A program made the position numbers and the translations under genes. Shown piece after piece: positions 1 to 12,932 of a stretch of 64,000 bases of DNA. Below the pieces are notes generated by a model. That model did not search any database and was not told where the DNA came from. It saw only the letters and a list, made by a program, of their open reading frames with translations. The stretch covers positions 62,001 to 126,000 of the forward strand of contig CAXHJY010000270.1 of NCBI GenBank assembly GCA_964016885.1, read 5' to 3'. Source of the stretch: Eledone cirrhosa (lineage: Eukaryota). Each line of letters begins with the position of its first letter. The stretch's first letter is position 1.

Positions 1-91
1 TGTATGTATAGGGGTGGGGTAAACGAATGAACAACACAGGGAAAGGATACAATACAATGAAGATATATATTAGTTTAAAGCTTCGATGATC

Positions 92-2460
92 CTATTTACT
101 CTATATTACTCTATATTACTCTATGCTGCTCTATATTACTCTATGCTGCTCTATATTACTCTATGCTGCTCTATATTACTCTATGCTGCTCTAAATTACT
201 CTATATTACTCTATATTACTCTATATTACTCTATACTATATGCTGCTCTATATTACTCTATGCTGCTCTATATTACTCTATATTACTCTATATTACTCTA
301 TACTACTCTATATTACTCTATGCTGCTCTATATTACTCTATATTACTCTATATTACTCTATATTACTCTATACTACTCTATATTACTCTATGCTGCTCTA
401 TATTACTCTATACTACTCTATATTACTCTATGCTGCTCTATATTACTCTATGCTGCTCTATATTACTCTATATTACTCTATATTACTCTATATTACTCTA
501 TACTACTCTATTACTCTATGCTGCTCTATATTACTCGATGCTGCTCTATACTACTCTATATTACTCTATGCTGCTCTATATTACTCTATGCTGCTCTATA
601 TTACTCTATATTACTCTATATTACTCTATACTACTCTATTACTCTATGCTGCTCTATATTACTCTATGCTGCTCTATATTACTCTATATTACTCTATGCT
701 GCTCTATATTACTCTATGCTGCTCTATATTACTCTATACTGCTCTATATTACTCTATATTACCCCATGTAGCTCTAGATTGCTTTATATTACTCCATACT
801 GCTCCTCTAAGTTACTCCTCTCTGTTGTTCTGTAGTTTAGTTCTATCTATAGCCGCTATAGGCTATAGCCGCTCTATGCTTCTCCACATTTCTCTGTGCT
901 GCTACAAGTTGCTCTAAATTGTTGCTCTACGTTACTCAAAGTTTTCTATATTGGTCTACATGGCTCTATATTTCTCTATCACGTCCTGCGTTACTCTCTA
1001 TTGCTCCACGTTGCTCTGTGTTCATCTATGTTGATCTATGTTTCTCTATATTACTCTATGATTCTCTATATTACTCTATATTACTCTATATTACCCTATA
1101 TTACTCCATATTACTCTATATCGCTCTATATTACTCTATATTACTCTATATTACTCTATATTACTCTATATTACCCTATATTACTGTATATTACTCTATA
1201 TTACTCTATATTGCTCTATATTACTCTATAGTACTCTATATTGCTCTATATTACTCTATATTACTCTATATCGCTCTATATTACTCTATATTACTATATA
1301 TTGCTCTATATTACTCTATATTACTCTATATCGCTCTATATTACTCTATATCGCTCTATATTACTCTATATTGCTCTATATTACTCTGATTCTCTATGTT
1401 GCTCTATATTAGTCTATACTACTCTATATTACTCTATACTACTCTATATTACTCTATGCTGCTCTATATTACTCTATATTACTCTATATTACTCTATATT
1501 ACTCTATATTACTCTATGTTGCTCTATATTACTCTATGTTGCTCTATATTACTCTATATTACTCTATATTACTCTATATTGCTCTATATTGCTCTATGAC
1601 TCTCTATGTTGCTCTATATTACTCTATATTACTCTATATTACTCTATGTTGCTCTACATTACTCTATATCGCTCTATATTACTCTATATATCATGCCTTT
1701 ATGGTAAATAAAGAAATCTATATTACTCTATATTACTCTATGTTGCTCTATATTACTCTATATTACTCTATATTGCTCTATATTACTCTATGATTCTCTA
1801 TGTTGCTCTATATTACTCTATATTACTCTATATTACTCTATATTTCTCTATGTTGCTCTATATTACTCTACATCGCTCTATATTACTCTATATCGCTCTA
1901 TATTACTCTATATTGTTCTATATTGCTCTATATTACTCTATATTGCTCTATATTACTCTATATTACTCTATGTTGCTCTATATTGCTCTATATTACTCTA
2001 TATTACTCTATATTGCTCTATATTACTCTATATTGCTCTATATTACTCTATGATTCTCTATGTTGCTCTATATTAGTCTATACTACTCTATATTACTCTA
2101 TATTACTCTATATTGCTCTATATTACTCTATATTACTCTATATTGCTCTATATTACTCTATGATTCTCTATGTTGCTCTATATTACTCTATATTACTCTA
2201 TATTACTCTATATTACTCTATATTTCTCTATGTTGCTCTATATTACTCTACATCGCTCTATATTACTCTATATCGCTCTATATTACTCTATATTGTTCTA
2301 TATTGCTCTATATTACTCTATATTACTCTATATTGCTCTATATTACTCTATGATTCTCTATGTTGCTCTATATTACTCTATATTACTCTATATTGCACTA
2401 TATTACTCTATATTGCTCTACATTACTCTATATTGCTCTATATTACTCTATATTTCTCTG
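92..2460. repeat. 10-bp tandem satellite (TATTACTCTA / TGCTGCTCTA variants), degenerate at ~760-1040 and fading out by ~2640
   Basis: Period-10 repeat is directly visible; it generates the YYSILLYITL pseudo-ORFs. Confidence 0.95.
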
Positions 2461-2975
2461 TTTCTTGATGCTCCTCCATACTGCTCTATGTTGTTCCCTG
2501 TTTCTCTAAGTTGCTCTCGTTTTCTCTCTTTCTCTATCCTACTCTAAGCTGTTCTACATTACTCCTATGTGTCTCTATGCTGGTTTCTCTTTCTCTGTGC
2601 TGTTCTGTGTTGCTTGCTGTTCTGTGTTGCTGTGTATTACCATATAATAGTTATTCTAAGATCTATGTCGTTCTATCATTAATTGAGAATCACTAATCCA
2701 GTTATAGGTTTTTTCCCTTTATTTCTTCCACGATATTTTACTTTATTTACTTTTCCCGCCAAGTACGTCTCTTTCTATTTATTCTTCAACCCAATTTTTT
2801 TTATTTTCTATTTTCAACAAACGTTCTAGATTATATAAATTGTTTGCCTTTTTCAAGTTTGTCTTCTCCATGGAGGTTTAACAGCAATTAGTCATGTTAA
2901 ATGTCCTCTAATTTATGATATTTCTGACTTTCAATCTATATGTCTTATACATTACTTTTATTCTTTTATTTTTAG

Positions 2976-3020
2976 CTACGATACGTTGTTATGCCTCTAC
3001 TTGTGATACATTCTTCTTTG
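2976..3020 (+). other. Candidate 45-nt internal micro-exon of an unidentified gene
   Basis: Long polypyrimidine tract plus TTTAG acceptor (ends 2975) and G|GTGAGT donor (3021). Length is a multiple of 3 and two frames are open. No homology recognised. Confidence 0.2.
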
Positions 3021-3960
3021 GTGAGTACGCTTCTTTATATTTATTATTTACCATAGAAGCTGGTTATTTCTAACTTTATCTAATAATCTCTATCTTTATC
3101 GTTTTATTGGTTGTCAGTTTTATTACTTCTTATATTGTTTGTTCTATTTAAATAGTTTATAAGTTCCCCCTCAAATTCATTTGTGGCAAATTTGTAGTGT
3201 ATTCTGTTCTTTTACATTTTCTAAAAATAAACATTTTTTTACTGATATCAATTATTGGGTTGGGGCCAGGCGGAACAACACCATCAAGTATTTAGCCTAT
3301 CATATCGACCCCAATATACATTCTATTGATTTATTTTTCTCAAACCGATACGTTTCTGGATATAAACAAACCACAGGCCGATTTAATATGATTGTAATAA
3401 TTATTTTGACTCTATATTTAAGATGTGGCTATTCCATTTAGTTAATTAAATTAACCTATTTAGAGTTGTTAATTTGGTGAATCTTGTCAGCTCTTTCTTG
3501 CTTCCCTCACCACATCTAGCCTTTTAACATCCTACCGAGTATTTTGGAAGCTAAAAGCACTTAGTTTTTATAATATCAGCGTGTAATTTTTGTTGAAAAA
3601 TTACTTGATATCTTTATGTTGTATCCCAATACACAATAATTTGTTTGAATTTTCTTGAAAAAGGTTTTATTATATTCTACTGATTAGTATTAATTGTCGT
3701 AATTTACTTATTAAACATTTTCTGTTAATTGTTATTAACAGACGAAACTGCGGTCCTAGCAATCTTTCTGAGTAAATTATGTTCTCCTTTAAAGTGTATT
3801 CTTTGCTTACAAAGCCAACTTGTAATAAACTATATATTATTATACCTGAATATAATTTGTATCAATGAAACTCAACAAAATATGGTTTTTAGATTGTATT
3901 GGTATTGAGCTGTTAATCTTGTAATATGGTTGGAATATAATTTATTTTGATCTCTCTCTC

Positions 3961-4028
<68 letters not shown>

Positions 4029-4334
4029 TTCTCTTTCTTCTTCTCTCCTCACCACCGTTCCCTCTTTGTTCTTCTTCCTCTTTTCCTTCTTTTTCCTTCC
4101 CTTTTCTCTTCTTTTTCTCTTCTTTTCCTCCTGGCCTTTTGATTAAGAAAAGGCCTCGGGCGCACTGCGGATCGCTACAGATGTCCAGTAAATAACCGCC
4201 GAAACATCTGGATCGCGGATTACAGCTGACGAAGGATTCTTTCTTCATTTCTCCCCTTGTTCCGTCCAAACCACCATCCTAAACCTTGTTTTTAGTAACC
4301 ACACAGCTCCTTTCGTTTCTTATCATTATATTTA

Positions 4335-4373
4335 CTAGCAGAAAAATCACCCTTCGGGTGGTTTTTCTGCTAG
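4335..4373. mobile_element. Isolated palindromic Helitron-type 3' end (CTAGCAGAAAA...TTTTCTGCTAG)
   Basis: Hairpin bounded by CTAG on both strands; similar to the centre of the 30938-31548 palindrome. Confidence 0.5.
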
Positions 4374-4875
4374 CATGTGTAGTGTGTATATTGATATTAT
4401 ATGCAAATATACATGCATGTAGATATGATACATCAAATAAAATCGTAATTGACAATATACACAGAAATTGAACGTAGACTGAGTTACACTGTCTTCTGTA
4501 ATCAGTAACGTAATCCATGATGCATTAAAAAAACACAATATTATATATAAACTGCATTAGGAGAAAGTTAGTGACGGAAATACATGAATGTTTATTTAAG
4601 TGATCGCTAACCGGAAGTGTTGACATTTCAAAGTGTTAAAGAAGTGAATCTTAAAATAAGCAACAAAATTATTTATACTTAATCAGGAATAACGAAAATT
4701 AGTAGATAAATTATGTAATATTCGTTATTTATTCAAAGTAATCCAACTTATTTTACAAACGGGATAAAAAAAATATATCCTTTACGCAGTCCCGCACTCC
4801 TTACTTTATTATAGTTTATATATATATATATATATATATAATAAATAACAAAGAACGCCTATAGCATATGCATAT

Positions 4876-4933
4876 CTTTACTTGCTAACATTGTTTCATC
4901 CGCACTATAAGTGGGACTCATCAGAGCATAAAG
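4876..4933 (-). ncRNA. Type I hammerhead ribozyme motif (PLE-type) in a ~280-bp island between (TA)n tracts
   Basis: Minus strand reads CTTTATGCT-CTGATGA-GTCCCAC TTATA GTGCGGAT-GAAAC AAT GTT-AGCAAGTAAAG. Stems I, II and minimal III pair; cleavage triplet is GUU. Confidence 0.7.
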
Positions 4934-5420
4934 GTTAATTACATACCATACAAGCAATAACAAATCCAAGACATTGAAGAATGAAAAATAATAGAAGATA
5001 AAGGATATTAAGGAAGTAAAAGTAAAAATAAGAATAAAAATAAAAATAAAAATAATAAAATAAACAATGAAAAATAAGGGGTGCTATCAGTCACAGTTGG
5101 GCGGGGTGCTGTCAACATATAGTTATATATATATATATATATACGCATAGTGGAAAATGTGTAAAATCGTTGGTACAGTTAGGTATATTTAAAAAAAGGA
5201 AAAGAATGACTTCACTTGTAGTTTAATTTTATAATATTATGATTTTACAATTTGGTTTTGTAGAACTAGTAACTTCTTTGTTAACATCGGTGGGGAGATT
5301 TTTTTTAAAGAATCCTGGTTTTAAAGAATTCCTGGAGAACTTTCTCGAATTCGTCGGTGGCGATTGTCAAAATGAGATATAGACACACATATATATGTGT
5401 GTGTGTATATACATATATTT

Positions 5421-5520
5421 GTTTCTACTTTTGGCACAAGGCCAGCAATTATTCCAGTATATTACTGGTACTTTATTTTATCGACCCCGTAAGGATGAAC
5501 GGCAAAGTTAACCTCGGCAT
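5421..5520 (-). mobile_element. tRNA-derived SINE 3' fragment (same family as the 43058-44135 array)
   Basis: Reverse complement of ...TTTGCC(T)TTCATCCTTACGGGGTCGATAAAATAAAGTACCAGT...CTGGCCTTGTGCCAAAAGTAGAAAC. Confidence 0.85.
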
Positions 5521-5535
5521 ACACACACATATGCT

Positions 5536-5675
<140 letters not shown>

Positions 5676-5682
5676 AATATAT

Positions 5683-5897
5683 TGTGAAGGCGTGTGGCAG
5701 AGTGGTTAGAGAATTGGATTCACAATCTTGAGGTTGTGAGTTCGATTCCTGAACCCGGCGACGCGTTATGTCCTTGAGCAAGACACTTTATTTCACGTTG
5801 CTCCTTCTACCTGAAGTTGCGACCGATAGATAGTATTAGCAATTGGAAAGACCAACGGAAACATTGTTTCCTAGGTCCGATTTGACGAAAGTCGATC
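5683..5897 (+). mobile_element. tRNA-head CORE-like SINE whose tail is homologous to the 95-bp satellite unit
   Basis: A box TGGCAGAGTGG, B box GTTCGATTCC, CORE-like GTCCTTGAGCAAGACACTTTA. The tail GGAAACATTGTTTCCTAGGTCC matches the satellite in reverse complement. Confidence 0.85.
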
Positions 5898-6143
5898 GAT
5901 CCCCCCCCCCCCCCCCCCCAAAAAAAAAAATATATGTGTTTGACCCGTTTAGCTTGTTCGCATGGTTGTTGGCTAAGGTGGTTAATGGCTTCTTAACCAT
6001 CGTCTCAGTTTGTATGACCATTGTATGACCATTTAAACTTATATTTATAGCTCTGGTATCGTCATATCAATGGAGCGCTTGTCTGCACAATACAGAAGTT
6101 GCGTTTCGCCAATTTCTACCCGCCGAAATGCAATTCTCGCTAA

Positions 6144-6184
<41 letters not shown>

Positions 6185-6730
6185 TACATTCACATGATTT
6201 ATTGATTTATTGATATTTTATCTGAGTGACCCGAATCTTCCTGATCGTAATTTTTCGGTCGTATGGTTGATTTTAGACATAATCTATGTGTGTTGGTATT
6301 TTAACGATAGTTATAGCTCTGATTTCTCTGAATTATTGAGCCCTCTGCCACTCATGTCGAATTTTGTTTATCGTGAACTCGTGCGCCGATTTTTCGATAC
6401 TCGATTATTCTACTATATATATATATATATACATACATATATACACACACTATATATATATATATATAATATGAGGGTTAAACTTAGAATATCAGTGCAA
6501 TTAGAGTCCAGTCATTTGCTCTACCGTAGAGGCCACAGTAAACATATTCCCATCTCTAAGGATATTTATCAGATTTTATAGCAGCTGGCTGTAATTGCAA
6601 TTATTTTCAGAATCAGAGATTGCAGCATCTTCTTAGAAATCCACTTAACTCTGCATTACCAACGGTTTCAAGACGAAAACATACCTGTCATTTAATGCAT
6701 TGATATATATATGTATGTATATCAATGCAT

Positions 6731-6776
<46 letters not shown>

Positions 6777-6919
6777 AAAGCATGTAAACACACACACATA
6801 CACACAATTTATAAATATGTAGTTATGGAGTTGTACATCAAACATCATTAAACACACACACACACACATACGCGCGTGTGTGTGTGTTTATATATATATA
6901 TATATATTTGTGTGCGCGT

Positions 6920-7512
6920 TTGTTGGTAGGAACTCACTTGTGTACTGAATGTGTGTGTGTGTTTAAATATGTATATATGACTGTTTGTGTATGTATATAT
7001 GTATGTATTTGTGAATGTATATATGTGTGTTTGCGTATGTATATATGGGTGTGTTTGCGTATGTATATATGTGTGTGTTTGCGTCTGTATATATGTGTGT
7101 GTTTGCGTCTGTATATATGTGTGTTTGCGTATGTATATATGTGTGTGTTTGCGTATGTATATATGTGTGTGTTTGCATATGTATATATGTGTGTGTTTGC
7201 GTATGTATATATGTGTGTTTGCGTATGTATATATGTGTGTGTTTGCGTATGTATATATGTGTGTGTGTTTGCTTATATATATATGTGTGTGTGTTTGCGT
7301 ATGTATATATGTGTTTGTGTATGTATATATGTGTATGTTTGCCTCTGTATATATGTGTGTGTTTGCCTCTGTATATATGTGTGTGTGTATGTATGTATAT
7401 ATGTGTGTGTTTGCGTATGTATATATGGGTGTGTGTTTGCTTATGTATATATGTGTGTTTGTGCATGTATATATGTGTGTTTGTTGATAGGAACTCAATG
7501 GTGTACTGAAAG
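6920..7512. repeat. TG/TA-rich ~20-24-bp minisatellite bracketed by a direct repeat (TTTGTTG.TAGGAACTCA..GTGTACTGAA)
   Basis: Visible periodicity and flanking duplicated motif. Confidence 0.85.
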
Positions 7513-7576
7513 TTCTGGTATATCAAAGCCTATTAGCCATTGAACAAATATTTAATTGTCCTCCTGTGTAGTTGTG

Positions 7577-7644
<68 letters not shown>

Positions 7645-7771
7645 TGTGTGTGTGTGTGTGTGTGTGTATGTATTTATATACACATATATATATATATATA
7701 TATGTAAAAAAATCTATCTGTCCATCTCTCTATCTGTTTATCTTTACAGACACATATATTTATGTATATAT

Positions 7772-7803
<32 letters not shown>

Positions 7804-9019
7804 ATATATATATATATAATATATATATACATATGCACGTTGTGTGTGTGTGTGACAGAAAGATAGGTTTATATGAAGAGGCCAATTGCTACCAATTTAT
7901 CTTCTATCATTAAAATATTTTAACAGGGTAAACACCGGATACGTTTAGGAATCTGATATAGAGATAGAAACTATACAAACAAAATACACAAATAAAACGA
8001 AACGAAGACAAACAAAAATACAAGAAATAATGGACTAAGTAAAATGCACGAAACGAAACGAAACGAAACCCCAAGTAGATTGACGAACTAATACATATAT
8101 ATAATGATGTATCTTCTCTCATTATATTTCCGTTCCTAGTTTTTATTTTCCTTTTCTTTGCTTTGCTTTATTCTTTTACATCTAAAGACTTACTTATGTT
8201 TCACTAAGACACTTCCTCCATTTTCTTTTTTCTTTTTTCCATTTTACTCGGAGATATATTACAACGATAAGCTAATCATAGCGTGGCATGGTGGCATTGG
8301 TGGGTGCCGCTTAATTGGGACACGAACCCATATTGGCTTAACCCGCAAGCTAAACCACTCACACTATCCCTTCACTCCCTCACGCACAGGCTCACTCATT
8401 GCTCCCCCCCCCTACCACAAAAATGTCCTGTGTTACAAAAGAGCGCAGGGCGTCAGTGATTGGTCGATCAAGTCAGGTGCACATGACACTTATTCCGACA
8501 AGTCTTTCTCTTTTGATTAGCTGACTTCAAACAGAATTTTTGCTTTCTTCATTTTTGCCAGCAACATTCTCTGTGTTGCTGCCTGCTTCCATTCTTTCGA
8601 ATATATATATTTGTGTGTCTGTGTATGTATGTATGTATGTGTGTCTATATGTGTTTATATATGTGTATATATATATATGTGTGTGTGTATGTATTTATGT
8701 GTATATGTGCATATGTGTATATATATTATACAGCGTGGTGACTAGTATGATATCATCTAAAGAAATTGACAAAAATATGGAGTAAGGGGAGAGAACCGTG
8801 AATGTGAGTCCCTATAAATATTTAAAGAAGGTAAGTCACCAATGGAGTGACAATAAACCTTCCGGAAAAGGTTGTGGCTTCCATCTTAGTGTTGTTGTTG
8901 TTGTTGTTGTAGTATAGTTGGTAGACAGCCACAAACCCCACCGTCCCTAACACCATTAGAAAAGTAATGTTGCTTTTTAATATTATATGACATTGCTTCT
9001 CATTTAATATCTTCTAGAA

Positions 9020-9398
<379 letters not shown>

Positions 9399-9726
9399 CC
9401 CGCGCCATATATGTGTGTAGCTATGTGCTTATTTTATCATGTTAAAGTGTGTACCTGTTTGTATGTGTGTTTAGATGCGTTCGTATTTATTGTTGTTTGT
9501 GTGTGTGTGTAGGAGTGTGTGATTGTGTGTGTGATTGTGTGTGTGTATCTTTTCAGTAAAATCGATTTTTCATGCCTGCCCTATATAGTTGTTACCCGTG
9601 AGAAATTTTTATATATATATTTTTTTTAATATATATATTTTTATATATATATATATATATTTTTATATATATATAAATTAATTCAAAATATTAATAAATG
9701 TAGACATACACGTAATCAAAATATAT

Positions 9727-9789
9727 TTTTTATTATATATATTTCCGATGTACTGTACTGTTTTTTCAGTACGTCCTCATCAGATAAAA
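9727..9789 (-). ncRNA. Degenerate type I hammerhead motif (PLE-type)
   Basis: Minus strand reads TTTTAT-CTGATGA-GGACGTACTG AAAAAA CAGTACAGTACATCG-GAAAT ATAT ATA-ATAAAA. Stem I is 6 bp; stem II carries a 5-nt duplication and a mismatched closing pair. Confidence 0.55.
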
Positions 9790-10003
9790 TATATAAATTG
9801 ATGTATGACATACCTCAACTGTGCTGATGGTTCAATTCCAGTTTTGGCAGCAATTAAAAATATATTTTGATTACGTGTATGTCTACATTTATTAATATTT
9901 TGAATTAATATTAATAACTCCAGAAAATTTTACTGATGAGTGCTTCTAATCTATTGTAAAAGTATATTCATTGATTAATCAATGAACCTTGTTTAACTTT
10001 TGG

Positions 10004-10042
<39 letters not shown>

Positions 10043-10070
10043 TAGAAGTGGTAACACAACAGTTAGTTCA

Positions 10071-10120
10071 CCATATCGAGAACAATTGTTTCACCTTAGC
10101 GGATCTTCAGCTCGTAATGG
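10071..10120 (-). ncRNA. Minimal type I hammerhead motif with palindromic stem-loop III
   Basis: Minus strand reads CCATTACGAG-CTGAAGA-TCC GCTAA GGT-GAAAC AATT GTT-CTCGATATGG. Stem I is 4+4 bp; ACAATTGT is a palindrome. It lies in a ~90-bp island between TA tracts. Confidence 0.6.
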
Positions 10121-10137
10121 ACATGGAGTATATATAT

Positions 10138-10510
10138 CATCATCATCATTTTACGTCCGCTTTTCCCTGCTTGCAAGGGTGGGACGGGTCTTATTCAGCA
10201 CAGCATCTCTCCACTCGTCACGGTCCCTCGTCATCTCCACCGTGGGCTTCAGCGATCTGAGGTCTGTTCTCACCACCTCCGCCCATGTTTTTCGTGGTCT
10301 ACCTCTACCACGTCTTTCTTCAACTGGCATTTCCTGGCACTTCTTCACCCATCGGTCATCCTCCATGCACATCACATGTCCATACCACCTCAGTCTCCTC
10401 TCCCGTACACTACATTCTATCCCTTTCAGACACAGTTTCTCTCTCAACACATTTATGCTGGGTCGTTCACGCACATTTACACTGCACATCCAACGGAGCA
10501 TGCTTGCCTC
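10138..10510 (-). mobile_element. RTE-clade LINE, 5'-truncated 3' end with (ATG)n tail
   Basis: ORF 10151-10501: MLRWMC...RERRLRWYGHV...RGRGRPRKTW...DRDEWR, the typical RTE ORF C-terminus. Confidence 0.92.
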
Positions 10511-10549
10511 ATATATATATATATGTATATTGTATATATATAGATATAT

Positions 10550-10630
10550 ATATAAGTTAAAAGAATGAAATAAAAATTCAAGTCATATTTCTAATGACTT
10601 GAATTTTTATTTCATTGTTTTAACTTATAT
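10550..10630. repeat. Inverted repeat, 37-bp arms, 7-nt loop, one mismatch; heads a ~200-bp island in (TA)n (probable PLE end)
   Basis: ATATAAGTTAAAAGAATGAAATAAAAATTCAAGTCAT / ATGACTTGAATTTTTATTTCATTGTTTTAACTTATAT. Confidence 0.9.
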
Positions 10631-11397
10631 CATGACTCTGTTTTCTTTTTAATGTTTTATTGTTTTCCGGGATTTATTTTAACCTACAACATTTTCAACA
10701 TATGGATTACATTGAGTTCTTCATGCAGACTAGACCCCACAACTTATCGTGGATATCTCTGTGTATATATATGAACAAAGAGAAGAATGACTCCATTGGC
10801 GGTCGCTAGTCAATGGTATTTCAAATCTCGACTGTTATTCGATATTGATAATAGTTCTGGTAAGTCCTTGGTTAATTCCAGGGGAACCTTTTGCCATTCT
10901 TCGCTGATTGACTAACTGTTCTATTGACTTATGTTGTTGATGTATATATAAGGGGTTAGAGTGTATGGCAAATACATATTTCTACTTTTGGCACAAGGAG
11001 AGCAATTATCCAGTACATTATTGGCAGCATGACCCTCGCAAAATATAACAATATCTGTTTCAACACACGTTTTCAGATAAGAAATCTTGCAAAACAAATT
11101 AAAAAAAGGAAGCATCTAAAAATTTAACTCTTTTTTTTTTCTTCGTAGTCCAAAGAAATTAACTAATTACATAATCAATTACTCGAGCTGAATCTAAATC
11201 ATAAGTATGAAGAAAAAATAGACAAATGTTTACCGAATTATTCCTCGTAGTTCCGACTGCTGTTTCACTTGACTATGTAGAAAAAGTGAAAATTCGATTT
11301 TCCAGAGACTCCCTCAATTAAGACTTGTTTTTTCTAAAGTGATCGCCGCGTCGATCACTATATTTCTGTTTGCCTTGTGCACACCCATCACACATAC

Positions 11398-11710
11398 ATG
11401 ATGGCTGCCCCCTCGTTATCGAGTATGGCCATTGCATGATATAATATTATTTATAATTATTAATTAATGATATCGTGCAATGACTGTGCGTGAAGATTTT
11501 TTTTAAAAGTGACGAAAGACTGTACACTGAGCCAATCCCACTCTCTGAGCGACAGTAGCTATAACATGAAAAGAAGAAAAGATCAACATCATCGGTAACT
11601 ACTGAGCAGCAGGTTTTATGTTGTCGGAATTATCCCAGTTTCCTGAGTTGCCTACTCCTAGAAGAATGCGCTGACAAGGGCTAGGGGTCCTTCACTCCCA
11701 GTGGTTTAAC
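11398..11710 (-). mobile_element. Diverged partial copy of the bipartite RTE-like non-autonomous family
   Basis: Shares ATGGCTGCC...CTCGTT.TCGAGTA.GGCCA, CCAATCCCACTCT and TCAACATCATCGG with 12933-13544 (reverse complement) and 42248-42742. Confidence 0.7.
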
Positions 11711-11759
11711 CGCACGATCGGGTATCCAGTCCGACTATTTCTATGTCCATACTTGTATG

Positions 11760-12430
11760 ACAGAATATACGAATTTCCCTGCAAATAGAAAAAATGGTAA
11801 CCATTTTAATCAATATTCGGATGTTATTAGAGGTATATATAATCAGAAGACGTGGATATAATCCAATGAACCACCAAGAAACGTCTACTTCATGGCGATA
11901 TATACTTATTCGCTCATTCGATTATTCTGTAATAGAACTACTTATTTACTTATAGTTAGCTCTCGTGTTGGGGATTAATTACAACATATAATAAGAGGTG
12001 TGATAACCGCCGAAGTGTAAGACATCTTTATAAATACAGCGTGTGTAACTGTGACTGCAGAAATGTGTATAAAGAAAAAAACATATATCTAATATGTAGA
12101 TATGTAAACATACCAGAAAATACGAATTTCCGTGTAAACTGAAAATAAATATATATACAAAATGTTTAATCGATTTCCGGATTTTATTGAATTCTCATCA
12201 GATATGTATTGGTTTGTATCAACCAATCAAATAATCAAAGACATGTTTCCTTGTGGTTCATTGGATGATATACATATCTTCGGCTGTTAACACACTTCTT
12301 ACTATATATCTTAATTATGAACACGAACGATAATTATATGAAAATTATATTTCATTCAGAAAAAATTAGTGAAGATTTTTTACGAATGAAACAGTTCTAG
12401 TCTTGTAGGAGTCATTTCTATTCGTAAAGT
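11760..12430. mobile_element. Nest of decayed PLE terminal fragments with direct and inverted duplications and HHR remnants
   Basis: 11761-11830 resembles 12114-12190 (direct); 11843-11887 resembles 12241-12285 (inverted; C(C/A)GAAGA...ATCCAATGAACCAC..GAAAC..GTC). 12369-12410 matches the 35700 family. Confidence 0.55.
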
Positions 12431-12648
12431 ACGGATGTCTCTACTTTACAAACATATTGAGTGCAATTTGGAACTGTGTTCTCCTGATATATATCAAGAA
12501 TCCACGTATGTATGTATATATATATGTATGTATATATGTATGTATGTATATATGTATGTATGTATATATATATGTATGTATATATGTATGTATGTATATA
12601 TATATATGTATGTATATATATATATGTATGTATATATATATATGTATG

Positions 12649-12693
<45 letters not shown>

Positions 12694-12780
12694 ATATATA
12701 TGTATATATATATGTATATATGTATATATATATATATGTATATGTGTATATGTATATATGTATATATATATGTATATGTG

Positions 12781-12818
<38 letters not shown>

Positions 12819-12819
<1 letters not shown>

Positions 12820-12896
12820 GTCAGGTCACCAGTTGGGTTCTCCTACATGGATATAAAGTAGTGGCCATACTCGAAAACGAGTTGGCAGCCACCATG
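12819..12896 (+). mobile_element. 78-bp internally deleted mini-copy (both termini only) of the bipartite RTE-like element
   Basis: First ~17 nt are fused to the last ~60 nt of the adjacent full copy. Confidence 0.85.
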
Positions 12897-12932
12897 TATA
12901 TATGTATATATATATGTATGTATATATGTATA

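Noticed and set aside
4130-4280. Histone stem-loop (GGCCTTTT GATTAAG AAAAGGCC) or Cys-rich minus-strand exon
   Set aside because: Loop and stem do not fit the histone consensus; the ORF has no recognisable homology and no downstream donor.
5683-5760. tRNA genes (also 14850, 32112, 36716)
   Set aside because: A and B boxes are present, but there is no full cloverleaf and each continues into a SINE body.
8958-9002. Possible pre-miRNA hairpin
   Set aside because: Only ~13 bp of stem and no recognised mature sequence.
9933-9970. CTGATGA motifs here, at 16180, 18320 (CTGAAGA), 37965 (CTGACGA) and 42851 as hammerheads
   Set aside because: No correctly placed stem II-GAAA-NUH-stem I; 16180 lies within PLE coding sequence.
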